Below, in pieces: positions 52,376 through 64,000 of a DNA stretch of 64,000 nucleotides; within the stretch, counting starts at the first letter, position 1; each line of letters starts with the position of its first letter. Origin of the DNA: Octopus vulgaris (lineage: Eukaryota); NCBI GenBank assembly GCA_951406725.2, contig OX597820.1, positions 34,162,001-34,226,000 of the forward strand, given 5' to 3'. Below the pieces are notes generated by a model. That model did no database searches and was not told the DNA's origin. It saw only the letters and a program-made list of their open reading frames with translations. Made by a program: the position numbers and the translations under genes.

Positions 52376-54965
52376 GAAATTCCTACGGGACAGCTTGCTG
52401 AGTGCCACAGACCAAGTCTGTGGATGGTGCAAAGTCCCTTCCAGACCTAGACTTATGTGGTGGTGGAATAGTGCAGTAGACAAAGCCATTAGTGCAAAGA
52501 AACAGGCCTGGAAAGCCTGGAGGGATGGGGGTAGCAGGGAACTGTACCAGGTAGCCAAAAGGGAGGCTGGGCAGCAGGTATACATAGCCAAAGATGTAGC
52601 AGAAAAGAAGTTTGCCAATGTCCAGCGACGTGAGGACCAAAGAACTGAGGTATTTCGGATTGCTAGACTGTGTGTGAGAGAAAATAGTGATGTTACAGGA
52701 GAGAAATGTGCCCGCATGGATGATGGGGCACTTGCTTTTAATGTTGGTGAAAAGAAAGAGGCTTGGAGAAGCCATTATGAAAGACTGCTGAATGTGGAGA
52801 ATGACTGGGAGGAGGAGAGCCTGCCAAATGTTGATCCAGTAGAGGGACCAGCTATCCGAATAGACAACTCCCTTGTAGTTAAGGCAATTAAGGGTATGAA
52901 AACCAGGTAAAGCCCCCAGCCCATCAGGAATCACTGCTGAGATGCTTAAAACAGCTGGTTATGTGGGCTATGGCCTAGTCACCCGCATTGTAAACCAGGT
53001 AGTTCATAATGGAGTCATACCCAATGACTGGTGTAGCAGCACCATAGTCAACTGCTACGAGGGTAAGGGTGATGATCTAGATAGAAATAATTACAGGGGT
53101 ATTAAACTGTTGGATCAGGTGATGAAGGTCACAGAGAGGGTCATAACCCATCTCATTAGGGAGAGAATTTGCTTAGATGAGATGCAGTTCGGTTTTGTGC
53201 CGGGTAGAAGCACCACTGATGCTATATTCCTGGTCCGACAACTGCAGGAGGAGCAGTACCTAGCTAAAGATAAACCCCTCTACATAGCTTTTGTGGACTT
53301 GGAGAAAGCCTTTGACAGGGTCCCCCGATCCCTTATCTGGTGGTCGATGCGGAAACTGGAGATTGACGAATGGCTAATAAGGGCTGTACAGGCCCTATAC
53401 AGAGAGGCTGTCAGCAAGGTTAGGATTGGCAACGAATATAGTGAAGAATTCCAGGTAGAAGTAGGTGTACACCAAGGCTCAACCCTCAGTCCCCTTTTAT
53501 TCATCATAGTCCTCCAGGCAATAACAGAAGAATTCAAAACAGGTTGCCCCTGGGAGCTCCTCTATGCTGATGACCTGGCTCTCATAGCAGAATCACTACC
53601 GGAACTAGAAAAGAAATTTCGGGTGTGGAAGCAAGGGTTAGAATCAAAGGGCCTTAGAGTAAATGTAGCAAAGACCAAAGTTATAGTAAGCAGAAAGGCG
53701 AACTCAGCACACACCCCCTCGGGCAGGTGGTCCTGCTCGATCTGTAGGAAAGGTGTAGGTAGAAACTCCGTAAGATTGACCCAGTGTAAGCTATGGACGC
53801 ATAAGAGGTGCAGCAAAATCAAAGGAAAATTAACTGATAAGATAGCTTTCATGTGCGGCAGATGCACAGGGACAATAGACACCACAGATACTCAGAAAAC
53901 AGACTCCATCGCACTCCAGGGGGAGAAACTAGAAGTAGTTGATAGTTTCCGCTACCTGGGTGACCAAGTTAGTAGTGGAGGTGAATGCTCAGAGAGTGTC
54001 ACCACTAGAATACGAATAGCCTGGGCAAAGTTTAGAACGCTCCTACCCCTACTTGCGACAAAGGGTCTCTCGCTCAGAGTGAAAGGTAGATTGTATGATG
54101 CATGTGTGCGAATTGCCATGCTTCACGATAGTGAAACATGGGCCGTGACTGCAGAGGACATGCGTAGACTTGAAAGAAATGAAGCTAGCATGATCTGCTG
54201 GATGTGTAGTGTCAGTGTGCGCGCACGACAGAGGGTAAGCACCCTGAGAGAAATGCTGGACATAAGAAGCATCAGATGTGGTGTGCAAGAGCGACGCTTG
54301 CGATGGTATGGTCATGTACTGCGGATGGATGAGGAGAGATGTGTGAAGAAGTGCCGCTCCCAAACAGTTGAAGGTATCAGGGGGAGAGGTAGACCCAGGA
54401 AGACATGGGATGAGGTAGTCAAGCATGACCTCAGAGCGTTGGGCCTCACTGAGGCAATGGCGAAGGACTGAGATCTCTGGAGATATGCTGTGACTGCAAA
54501 GACCCGGGCTGCTTCCTGCACCAGTTCCGCATAGCCTCTGCCCATTCAAAGTACCTTGGATTCCAGAACATCCCGCTGTGCTTGAGGAGACCTATTGAGT
54601 CAAGTACATGAACATCAAAATAAATATCAATGGAAATAGTAGTTGTGATACCTGTGCCGGTGGCACATAAAAAGCACCATCCGAACGTGGCCGATGCCAG
54701 CGCCGCCTTGACTGGCTTCTGTGCCGGTGGCACATAAAAAGCACCATCCGAACATGGCCGATGCCAGACTCCCCTGGCACCTGTGCTGGTGGCACGTAAA
54801 AAGCACTCACTACACTCGTGGAGTGGTTGGCGTTAGGAAGGGCATCCAGCTGTAGAAATACTGCCAGATCAGACTGGAGCCTGGTGCAGCCTTCTGGCTT
54901 CCCAGACCCCAGTCGAACCGTCCAACCCGTGCTAGCGCAGAAAACGGATGTTAAACGATGATGAT
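52376..54965 (+). mobile_element. 5'-truncated RTE-like LINE: RT with PHD-like finger, 3'UTR and (GAT)n tail; frameshift near 52905 and a stop near 54470
   Basis: NYRGIKLL, QFGFVPGRST, FVDLEKAFD, VHQGSTLSP, LLYADDL, CSIC...[19 protein letters not shown]. Confidence 0.92.
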
Positions 54966-55065
54966 ATATATGTATGCATATATGTCTGTGTATACATATA
55001 TATGTGTGTGTATATATGTGAGTATATATATGATGATATATATATGTTGACAATATATGTATGTA

Positions 55066-55117
<52 letters not shown>

Positions 55118-56230
55118 TGGTACTATTGAGTTAGTCATGACCTGGGCTGATGATGGCTGAAACCAATCTAAGTTATATATAGCTCCTACCTTTTTGGTGA
55201 TAAGGGCCTCACTCAGAGTGAAAAGTGAAATACACTAATAACCCCTATCTCACTTTGTACTTTTATGTATGCTAGCATGGAGAACGGACGTTAAACGATG
55301 ATGATGATGATGATATATAAATATTTCGTTTTTGGATTTGGTTTGCAAGATTCTTTATGTGAATTTGTGTGCTGAAGCATATTATGTTGTGTCTGGGGAG
55401 AGTCATTTTCTTTTTCTGCTTTATAATTTAACACACTCACCGGTAATATTTCCACTTATTTCTTATTTCCCAAAAATTTTCGTTGCATCTTGCAACCTTT
55501 TCAATAGTCTTGACTCTGTCCGCTATTTACACTGCGTTCCTTTTTGTTTGTTTGTGCGCATGTGTCTGGGTCAATGTGTTTGTGTGTGTGCCTATGCATG
55601 CATGCATATGTTTGCCTGTGTGTGTATATATACATGTGTGTGTATGCCTATGTATATATTTATGTATGTGTGTGTATTCTGCATATTTGTGCTTTCATGT
55701 CCGTGTTTGTGTATTTATGTATGTGTGTGTGTGAGCATATGTTTGTATATATATATATGCCACTCTATCTCCCTGTGTGTGTGTGTGTGTTTTGCAACAT
55801 GTACCATGTTTGTATGTATGGATGTGCATCTCTATATGTGTGGATACGTGTCTCCATATATGTCCTTGTGTGGAGCAAAGTGTGTATGTATATATGGTAA
55901 TGTGTTTCAGTCTCCATTTCATTTGCATATGTGTGCTTGTCTGTTCATATAACCTATCTACCTATCTGTCTGTAGATCTGTTTATTTTCATATCCATATG
56001 CTTACACACACATACACACACCCATACACATACATACATCTATCTACATAACAGCCCACTAACTATTCTACTCTACCTCTGTAAACTGTGGGTATGGAGG
56101 TATGATATTTACTATCTATATTTCCTCTTTAGTATTGGGGAAGTTTCATTTATAAGGACATACTCCCGTATTTGTCTGAGTGTTGAGTCTTTTGGGTGTT
56201 TGGATAAGATGCGGATGTCAAGTTGACCCA

Positions 56231-56319
<89 letters not shown>

Positions 56320-56874
56320 TAGCTGACTTACCCAGTACTTCCTGGGAAAGTGGGGCTTATCCCTTGGTTCCGTTCTCATAATTGTTTCGCTAATCCAATA
56401 ACAACAGTGCAAAAAATGTAGCCCCTAAAACGGTTTTTGTGCATTTCCAGAGAATACCGAACTGTCTTACACAGGATCTTGTTTTTAGGAATCCCCAATA
56501 AGTTATGAATACCCAAATTGTGAAGTTATGTAATAACATGAAATTAGTTACCTGATAGTAAGAATTCAAATAAAGTATCCCCGTAAAGGGCTTTAATGCA
56601 TTCTCAGAGTACATCGAACTTAGGAGGAAATACTAATGAGGTATGTATACTAAAATTGTGATGCATATTACATAATAACAGGCTAATCAGATACGAGATA
56701 ATAACAATTCAAATAACTCTGAAAAGGGTTTTTGTGTGACCCAAGAGAATATTACCCTCAGTGGCACTAGTGTTGGTATATTCATAAATAAGTCGCTAAC
56801 TGAAATAAATGGATCTATTGTACAAACACACACACGCATACATACATACATACATACATATATATATATACATA

Positions 56875-57170
56875 TGGCTGATGCCAGCGCCGCCTTGACT
56901 GGCTTTTATGCCGGTGGTACGTGAAAAGCACCAACCGATCGTGGCTACTGCCAGCCTCCCCTGGCACCTGTGCCAGTGGCACGTAAAAAGCACCCACTAC
57001 ACTCACGGAGTTGTTGGCATTAGGAAGGGCATCCAGCTGTAGAAACACTGCCAGATCAGACTGGAGTCTGGTGCAGCCTCCTGGCTTCCCAGACCCCGGT
57101 TGAACCATCCAACCTGTGCTAGCATGGAAAACGGACGTTAAACGATGATGATGATGATGATGATGATGAT
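56875..57170 (+). mobile_element. RTE-like LINE 3'UTR fragment
   Basis: Shared modules and (GAT)n tail. Shorter tails occur at 55270-55314 and 58028-58076. Confidence 0.8.
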
Positions 57171-58254
57171 ATATATATATATATATATGAAACTTGACAT
57201 GTAAGTAGATATGAGATATCTACTTTTTACATATAATCGTGAGAATTGGGTGTAGTTGAGCAAAAAATATTGTCTGTCTGAAACTTGAAGACCGCTTAGT
57301 TTTGGGTTTATTTGTTTCAGATTACTTTAACCTGAAAATCATTATAAACGGGGGATGTATGTATATGGTTATCAATTTGCGCTGTAAGGTTTGTGATGTG
57401 AAATAATGTGTTGAAACTGATATTGTATTTTGGGATGGTCATTGTTATTTTTTTTGCCAGATAAACACGTACAATATTTATTTTTTCTTCATTCATTTAT
57501 TACTGTTTGTATGTTATTATTATAACTCATGTCTGTTTTCTGGAAATCTTTCGTCACACATCTGTGACCTCTTCGGTGACACTTTCCTTTTTCATGTGTG
57601 TTCTTGCTCCACTTACTCCATTCTGTTCTTCTAAGGTGTGTATCCTTATCTGTGCATGTGTTTGTGTCCATTTTTGTGCATGTGTGTGTGTGCGTACATG
57701 CATGCGTGTTCGTGTATGTGTGTGTTTCATAGTTTTTAGCTGCAGTGTCACCTTCCCCTCAGCAACTCCATCCTCTCACCCCATTGTGCTGCTGCTGTTC
57801 TAAGACCCCAAAATATGGTACAGTTCCTGTATTCGTCTGTGTTTGTGTGTTCACCCACAGTGTTACCATCGTGGTAGTTGTTGTTGTTATTGCCCCTACT
57901 GCTGTCATTGTTTATCATGTTGTTGACATTGTTATGGCCATCTTTGAAATTTCTTGTGTGTGTGTGTATGGGTTCGCTTTGTATATTGTATGTATCCATG
58001 ACCTTTATATAAATTTATTTATTTTATCCAACCCATGCTAGCATGGAAAACGGACGTTTAACGATGATGATGATGATATTTTTTTTTTATACATCTATCT
58101 CTCTTTCTCATAAGTATTACAAGTAAGTGCATATATGCCTATTGTGTGTGTATTACCCTGTATATTTCTGTGTTATTTACGATTTTGTTTTGTTTTTTGT
58201 TTGTCCTCTCTCTTCTCATCCCTTCTGTCTTTAGTCATGTGGTGTAGTGTGGTG

Positions 58255-58830
58255 GTGGGTGTTACTGTTCCATTGGTGTTTTCTATTGAGGCTCGGTCTG
58301 TCTACTGCTATGTGTATTGCTTCTGTGATCTGTCTAAGTGTTGTGTCAGTTCTATGTGTTGATAATACCATTACCTCTATGCTATTAATCAAGCCTCTAT
58401 GTTCTGCCTGTGCATATTGGTAGAGCACTGATGAGTTTTTTCTTTCTTTGAGCTCTCGTCAATATTCACCTGTACGCTCTCCCCTGCTGTGTGCAGTCTG
58501 CCCAATGTAGGTAGTTGTCATGTTTCTACACAGTCCCTCACTACATCCTGATCTATACACTACATTCCTAACCTTACAGTTAACCTGTTGGTTCCTCCCA
58601 CATACAACACAACTGTACTCTGTACAGGAGGACTTATTGAAGGGATAGGTATTGCAAATCAGGGATTTTAATGGGGCACCAGGCCTCTCTACTACTTTAA
58701 TTTGTAGATTAGCCTTACTTAATGTTTTTCTAAAAAAGTATGCTAGTTCACTGCCAGGGGTAGCATCGACAAACATGACACTTTGGTATTTTTTGTCATC
58801 ATACCAAGTGCTGGCCTTATTTATCTTATC
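58255..58830 (-). mobile_element. Penelope-like element 3' fragment: Cys linker and GIY-YIG endonuclease
   Basis: FVDATPGSELA..IKVVERPG..C..CVVC..NCKVRNVVY..C..YIGQT..ER followed by RQITEAIHI..LNRK.QW. Confidence 0.8.
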
Positions 58831-59322
58831 ACTGGTCCTTTCTGTGCTGATGGAAGATTTTGAATTGAATCACTTTAAAAGTGATAGTTTTTGTTATAAG
58901 ACCAGAGGTAATCTCAGGTGGTCAATGACAAAATGGTCAAGTGTTGCAGTTTGCTTGATGCATTGTAGTACAGAAGTAGAAAAGAAAAGGAAAATAAAGA
59001 AAGCCTCTGACAATGCACAAAGTTTTACAATAACCTTTATATTCCAGGCACAAAGGCCCGTCCTCAGAGGAAAGCACTCCAGGAATGTTAGAAGCTTTCT
59101 TTAATTTCCTTTTCTTTTCTGCTTGGTTAAAATCAGTTTATGAAGTAGAAGGGTGAAGGTTGAAAATGTTATCTGTGACATGAACAATCTGCTCATCTAT
59201 ATATCACCTTACACAAACAAAATGCTCATTTCACTGTGAAAACCAGGCAAGAAAATTGCATTGTTCATTGAACATCTAAAGCACTTTTTATGTAAACTGA
59301 TGATATAAATTTACAGTATGTA

Positions 59323-60227
59323 TGAGGGGGTGCCCAAACGTAACTGGAGATAGGACAAGCCTGTAGTTTTGGGCTTCTGCTGATAGAAGCCTTTCGATGC
59401 AGCCCTCAGGCATCGGTCTGCTGACCAGCATCGTTGGGAGATGTTGTACTGCCACATGGTGCATCTTTGTTTTGCAGTGCTTCTTCCCTGTTTGTCGATT
59501 TTTTGCGATGGCTGAAACGAAGGAACAGTGAACTTTCATGAAATTCTGTTTTCTGCCAAGGAAAATGGCAGCCAAGACAGTTGTCATGCCTCAAACAGTT
59601 TACAAGGATGCTGCCATAAGCAAAATACAAATTTACAAGTGGTTTCCACACTTTAGGAATGGTCACTAGTTGCTTGAAGGTCAACCTTGTTTGGAGCGAC
59701 CATTGACCTCCCAAACAAATGAAAACATAAAAATTCATGAACTGATCTTGGAGGACTGTCACTGGACAATTGATGAACTTGCTGATATGACTGGTGTCTC
59801 CTGGAGCTCCTGCCAACGAATTTTGAATGAAAGGAATTGCCAAGGAATTGTGAATGAAAAGAGCTGCAGTAAAATTTGTGCCCTCACTTCCTCATGAAAG
59901 ATCGAAAGCAGTCACAACTGAATGTGTGTTGTGAACTGAAAGAACAGTTGGAAGTTGATCTGGACCTTTTTTTTGTAGGTCATCATTGGTGATGAAAGCT
60001 GGTGCTATGGAATTTGCAGATGTGGAAGAGGTGAAGAAAAAATAATGGAGGTGTTAAAAAGCATCACTTTGCAAGAGTTCCAGCACTGCTTCAAATAGTG
60101 GAAAATGCATCTGGACTGATGCATTGTTTTAAATGTAGAATACTTTGAAGGCGATAAGTGTGAACATGTAAAACTAAGTGAATAAAATAACATTGCAAAA
60201 TTCCAGTTTCTTTTGGGTACTCCCTCA
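59323..60227 (+). mobile_element. Internally deleted mariner element (about 905 bp)
   Basis: TIRs TGAGGGGGTGCCCAAA..AACTGGA / TCCAGTTTCTTTTGGGTACTCCCTCA with TA TSDs. Remnant HTH (IDELADMTGVSWSSCQRIL) and IGDESWCY. Confidence 0.8.
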
Positions 60228-62199
60228 TATATATATATAATTGTTTGTTTGCATTCCACCTGCCTTCGTCTTTTGTTTATTTCCGTAAACCTGCCTTCGT
60301 CTTTTGTCTATTTTCATAAAGCTTCCCGTTATATATATATATATATATAATATCTGAAGTGCAATTCGTAGGATCCTATGGCAATCACAGAAAGCTCCTC
60401 TAGTATTTATACTGGCCATATCCGGCTCAAATATTTTGTCTGTTTGATGTTCAAGCCAGCCAGGTCTGATCTCTCACATCTAACTTGCAATGCTATTCTA
60501 TAAATGCAATAATCACATTATTGAACTCTCAAAGCTATAAGATAATGCATGATTAACTTAAAACAATGTGAATAAACAAGCTTTACATTTGAGAGAAAAA
60601 TCTAAATGCTAAAGTGTTAATGCCTGTTTTCTATGCTGGTTTTATCTGGATGGTTCGACAGGATTTGATGAGGTGAAGTGTCTGCTTTGGCATGGTTTCT
60701 ATAGCTAGATGTGTCATCTCTAGTATCATCTACATTACAGAGTGTGCTTGGTGCTTTTCTCATGGCACCAATACTTGTGAGGTTTCCATGTAACTTGCAA
60801 GACAAAACAGTTCCCTTGATTGAGTGGGAGAGAGCTGTTCAATGCTTAAAGTATGAAAGAAGAGGGACAGGTTTCTTGCTGTAGAGGAGATACATGGTTA
60901 CCTCTTATTATAAAAGGGTGGGTGAGAGTAATTAGGGGTGGTGGTGATGAGCTATTAGTCTACACTCGAAGTGAATAGAAGGGTGTGAAGAGAGGAGTTT
61001 AGGATGGGTGGCTGTCCTTCTTTTTCTTAACTCTCTCACTACCATATTTCCATTGAAATACTCAGTATTTGTTTCAATTAATTTTGGGAATAATGGTGCT
61101 ATGTAAAAAGCACCCAGTACACTCTGTAAAGTGGCTGGTGTTAGGTAGGCATCCAGCTGTAGAAACCATTCCAAAGCAGACTATGGAACCCGGTGTGGCT
61201 CCCGGGTTGAAACCATACCAGTATGAAAAATGGATGTTGCTGCTGCTGCGGATGATGAAGGAATTTATTAAAATTACTTTGCCATTATATGAAGCTAGGG
61301 TATAGAACATAAATTAGTATAAAAATTGATATGGAAAGTCCAGAAGAAAGGATGGTTGATATCTAAAGTGTTTAAGATGGTCAATGTGATTTGGAGATTT
61401 CGCTGCTACTTCTACCTGGATGAAAGACTCTGTAGAGGCTTCCTTGGTTCAGTATTAAGTAGTAGACTGATTAGGATGGTTGACACTTCTTAACTGAAAA
61501 AAAAAAAAACTTTGCATTTGTATTCTTAACCATTCCTAAATAAACGGTGGAAATTAAGAGATCATTCTTAGGAATGTAGCAAGTTAAGAGTGTCTGAATG
61601 TTCTGGATTCAAACCACATTGCAATCAACTTTGCCTTTCATCTTTTTTGAGGTTGAAAATAAAATACCAATCAATTACCAGAGTTGACGATATCAACTAC
61701 CCCCCTCGCCTCCCCTCTCAAAATTGTAGCCATATGCCTATGTTGTAAACAGTTGGTAGGAATGTGGTACATCGTCATCACTTAATGTCCATTTTCTATG
61801 CTAGCATGGGTTGGATGGTTTGGCAGGAGCTGGCAAGCCAAAGGGCTACGCCAGGCTTTGCTGTCAGTTTTGGCATTGCTTCTGTGGCCAGATGCCCTTC
61901 TTAATGCCAACCACTTTCCAGAGTGTTACTGGGTGCTTTTTATGGAGCACTAGCACTGATTAAGTAACTGGAAGACGAGACCTTCAACTGAGTGGGTGGT
62001 GGCTTTGTGCCAAGTGATGAGAAGTTAAGCTATGGTAGAAGGACAGAAACAGGTATCTTACTGTAGGGGAGATACATGGTTACCTTAGTTGGGGAGAGAG
62101 AGAATACAAAGACCCCGATCGTCATGATACAGTGATTATAAATAATTGAATTTAGCACACAGTTAATGTAGAGTGAAGTGGTAAGATCGTCAAAGAAAT

Positions 62200-62545
62200 G
62201 CTTGACTAACAACTGTATCTCGACCACGTGGTTCTGGGTTCAGTCCCACTGCTTGGTATCTGGGGCAGGTTCCTTCTACTGACCAAAGCTTTGTGAGTGG
62301 ATTTGGTAGATGGAAACTGAAAGAATCTCATTGTATATATGTGTGTGTTTTTGTTTTCCCCCCTCCCCACTTGACAACTGATGTTGATGTGATTATGTCC
62401 TCATAACTTAGTGGTTCGCCAAAAGAGACTGATAGAATAAGTATTAGGCTTAAAAAAGATCAGTCTGGGTTCGATTTGTTTGACTAAAACCCTTTGAAGG
62501 TGGTGCTCCAGCATGGCTGCAGTCAAATGACTGAAACAAGTAAAA
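62200..62545 (+). mobile_element. SINE family A, CpG-depleted copy
   Basis: Colinear with the 29558 copy, with many CG>TG/CA changes. Confidence 0.75.
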
Positions 62546-62825
62546 AAATAAAAATTTAACCAAACAATTATTCTCTCTGACACTGGCCATGAGCACTACA
62601 TTTTTTTATACACTGTAGAAAGTATGCCATCAATACTGTACAAATAATGACGGCATCACATTCACAAGTTACCCTAAGGCTTGACCACAGGGCCATAAGC
62701 CCTCTACAAAAGTCAGACTTACATAACAATGTTGCAAAAACGGTTTTTACCTCAACTGGTCCAGCATTATTCAATGTTATGGCAAAAGAAAAAGACCTCA
62801 TGACATTCAGACGTTTCTTGGATAT

Positions 62826-63101
62826 ATGCCAGCACCGCCTTGACTGGCTTCCGTGCCAGTGGCACGTAAAAAGCACCAATCCGATCTTGGTCATTGCCAG
62901 CCTCGCCTGGCACCTGTGCCGGTGGCACGTAAAAAGCAGCCACTACACTCACAGAGTGGTTGGCGTTAGGAAGGGCATCCAGCTGTAGAAACACTGCCAG
63001 ATCAGACTGGAACCTGGTGCAGCCTTCTGGTTTCCCAGATCCCCGGTTGACCCGTCCAACCCATGCTAGCATGGAGAACGGACGTTAAATGATGATGATG
63101 A
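62826..63101 (+). mobile_element. RTE-like LINE 3'UTR fragment
   Basis: Shared modules and (GAT)n tail. More diverged copies occur at about 61100-61260 (+) and 61770-61950 (-). Confidence 0.8.
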
Positions 63102-64000
63102 TTCCTAGAAGAAAACCCGGACAAACTAGTGAAACTTAGATATATTTCTGCAAGCAACCTCCTACGTGAATGGGCTGTGTTGTCCTGAAGGTAAAATTCC
63201 TTTCTGAATCATAGACTCCTAAGGCCAGTTTCCCAGTCTCTGTGGCATATATATATATATTCCCCACCTGGACGGGATGCCAGACTGAAGCAATGTAAAA
63301 TGAAGTGTTTTGCTCAAGAACACTACGTGTCGCTCGGTCCAGGAATCGAAACCACCCTAACCAGTAAGCTACGCGTCTCCACAGGATGTTCTAGAATATG
63401 ATTTTAAAAAACCAGCCTTGAAATAGAAATAACTTCAAAATGATCAAAGCCGCATTTACGTTTAAGGGGAAGCTACTCTTTCGACAAGTCTTGTAGTTAT
63501 CTCGCTTATATTTCTTTCTATAAGCTTCTATTGTAATTTCGTTTTTTTTTCTTCTTTTGTTTGTGGTTTCATCTTTTGAAAAATAAGAACAAAATTTTTT
63601 GTAAGACTTTCTCAGATCATAATTATATAAATAGATAAATAAATAAATTATTCACGACAATTTATTTAATAATTGTGGCTAATGCAGTTTCACGCCTCTC
63701 CTTGAAGAATGCATAAAAAACATTTTTTCCCCTGATTCCTACGTTTTAAATGTCAGACAAATCGAAATTTAATATAGACAAAAAACATTGAAGTGAAAGG
63801 AATTTGCGTTTTACTTGTATTTGCATTAAACAATCGTAAAACTTTTTCCAGCCATTTGTTTATTTGTCTATCTAGTTATTCCCATCCGTTTCTCTCTATA
63901 TATCTATCTCTTTTGACACATAACTATATGCTTATTGAATTTAACATTTTCAAAACTTGGTTTCTTGCATATTCGGATTCTCTGTCACCGAAAACATAGG

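Noticed and set aside
55146-55172. Hammerhead at CTGATGA-TGGCT-GAAA
   Set aside because: No stem II, stem III or stem I pairing; likely chance.
55479-55510. Minus-strand CTATTGA..GTTGCA/TGCAAC-GAAA hammerhead-like motif
   Set aside because: The core has two mismatches and stems I and III are not evident.

Overview
Eukaryotic, AT-rich and dominated by repeats. The SINE/LINE families and the microsatellite load suggest an Octopus genome (inference). The only clear host gene is the first coding exon of a TBC1D1/TBC1D4 (AS160) Rab-GAP on the minus strand (N-terminal PTB domain, 2668-3534). A weak candidate first exon lies at 47571-47618 (+). The rest is layered transposable elements: RTE-clade LINEs (one near full-length with an inverted 5' half, two with an internal PHD-like finger and a modular hairpin 3'UTR), a Tx1/L1 LINE ending in (TC)n, a CRE-like endonuclease fragment, two Penelope-like relics, three mariner copies, MITEs, probable solo LTRs, three tRNA-headed SINE families and mini/microsatellites. 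The most notable hidden layer is a set of predicted self-cleaving ribozymes. Several unrelated non-coding repeats carry type I hammerhead motifs with palindromic stem III, in tandem or inverted (Penelope pLTR/retrozyme-like) arrangements. An HDV-like fold has its predicted cleavage site at the 5' end of the RTE element. All ribozyme calls come from manual base-pairing and are untested. Most ORFs in the supplied track are microsatellite artefacts.
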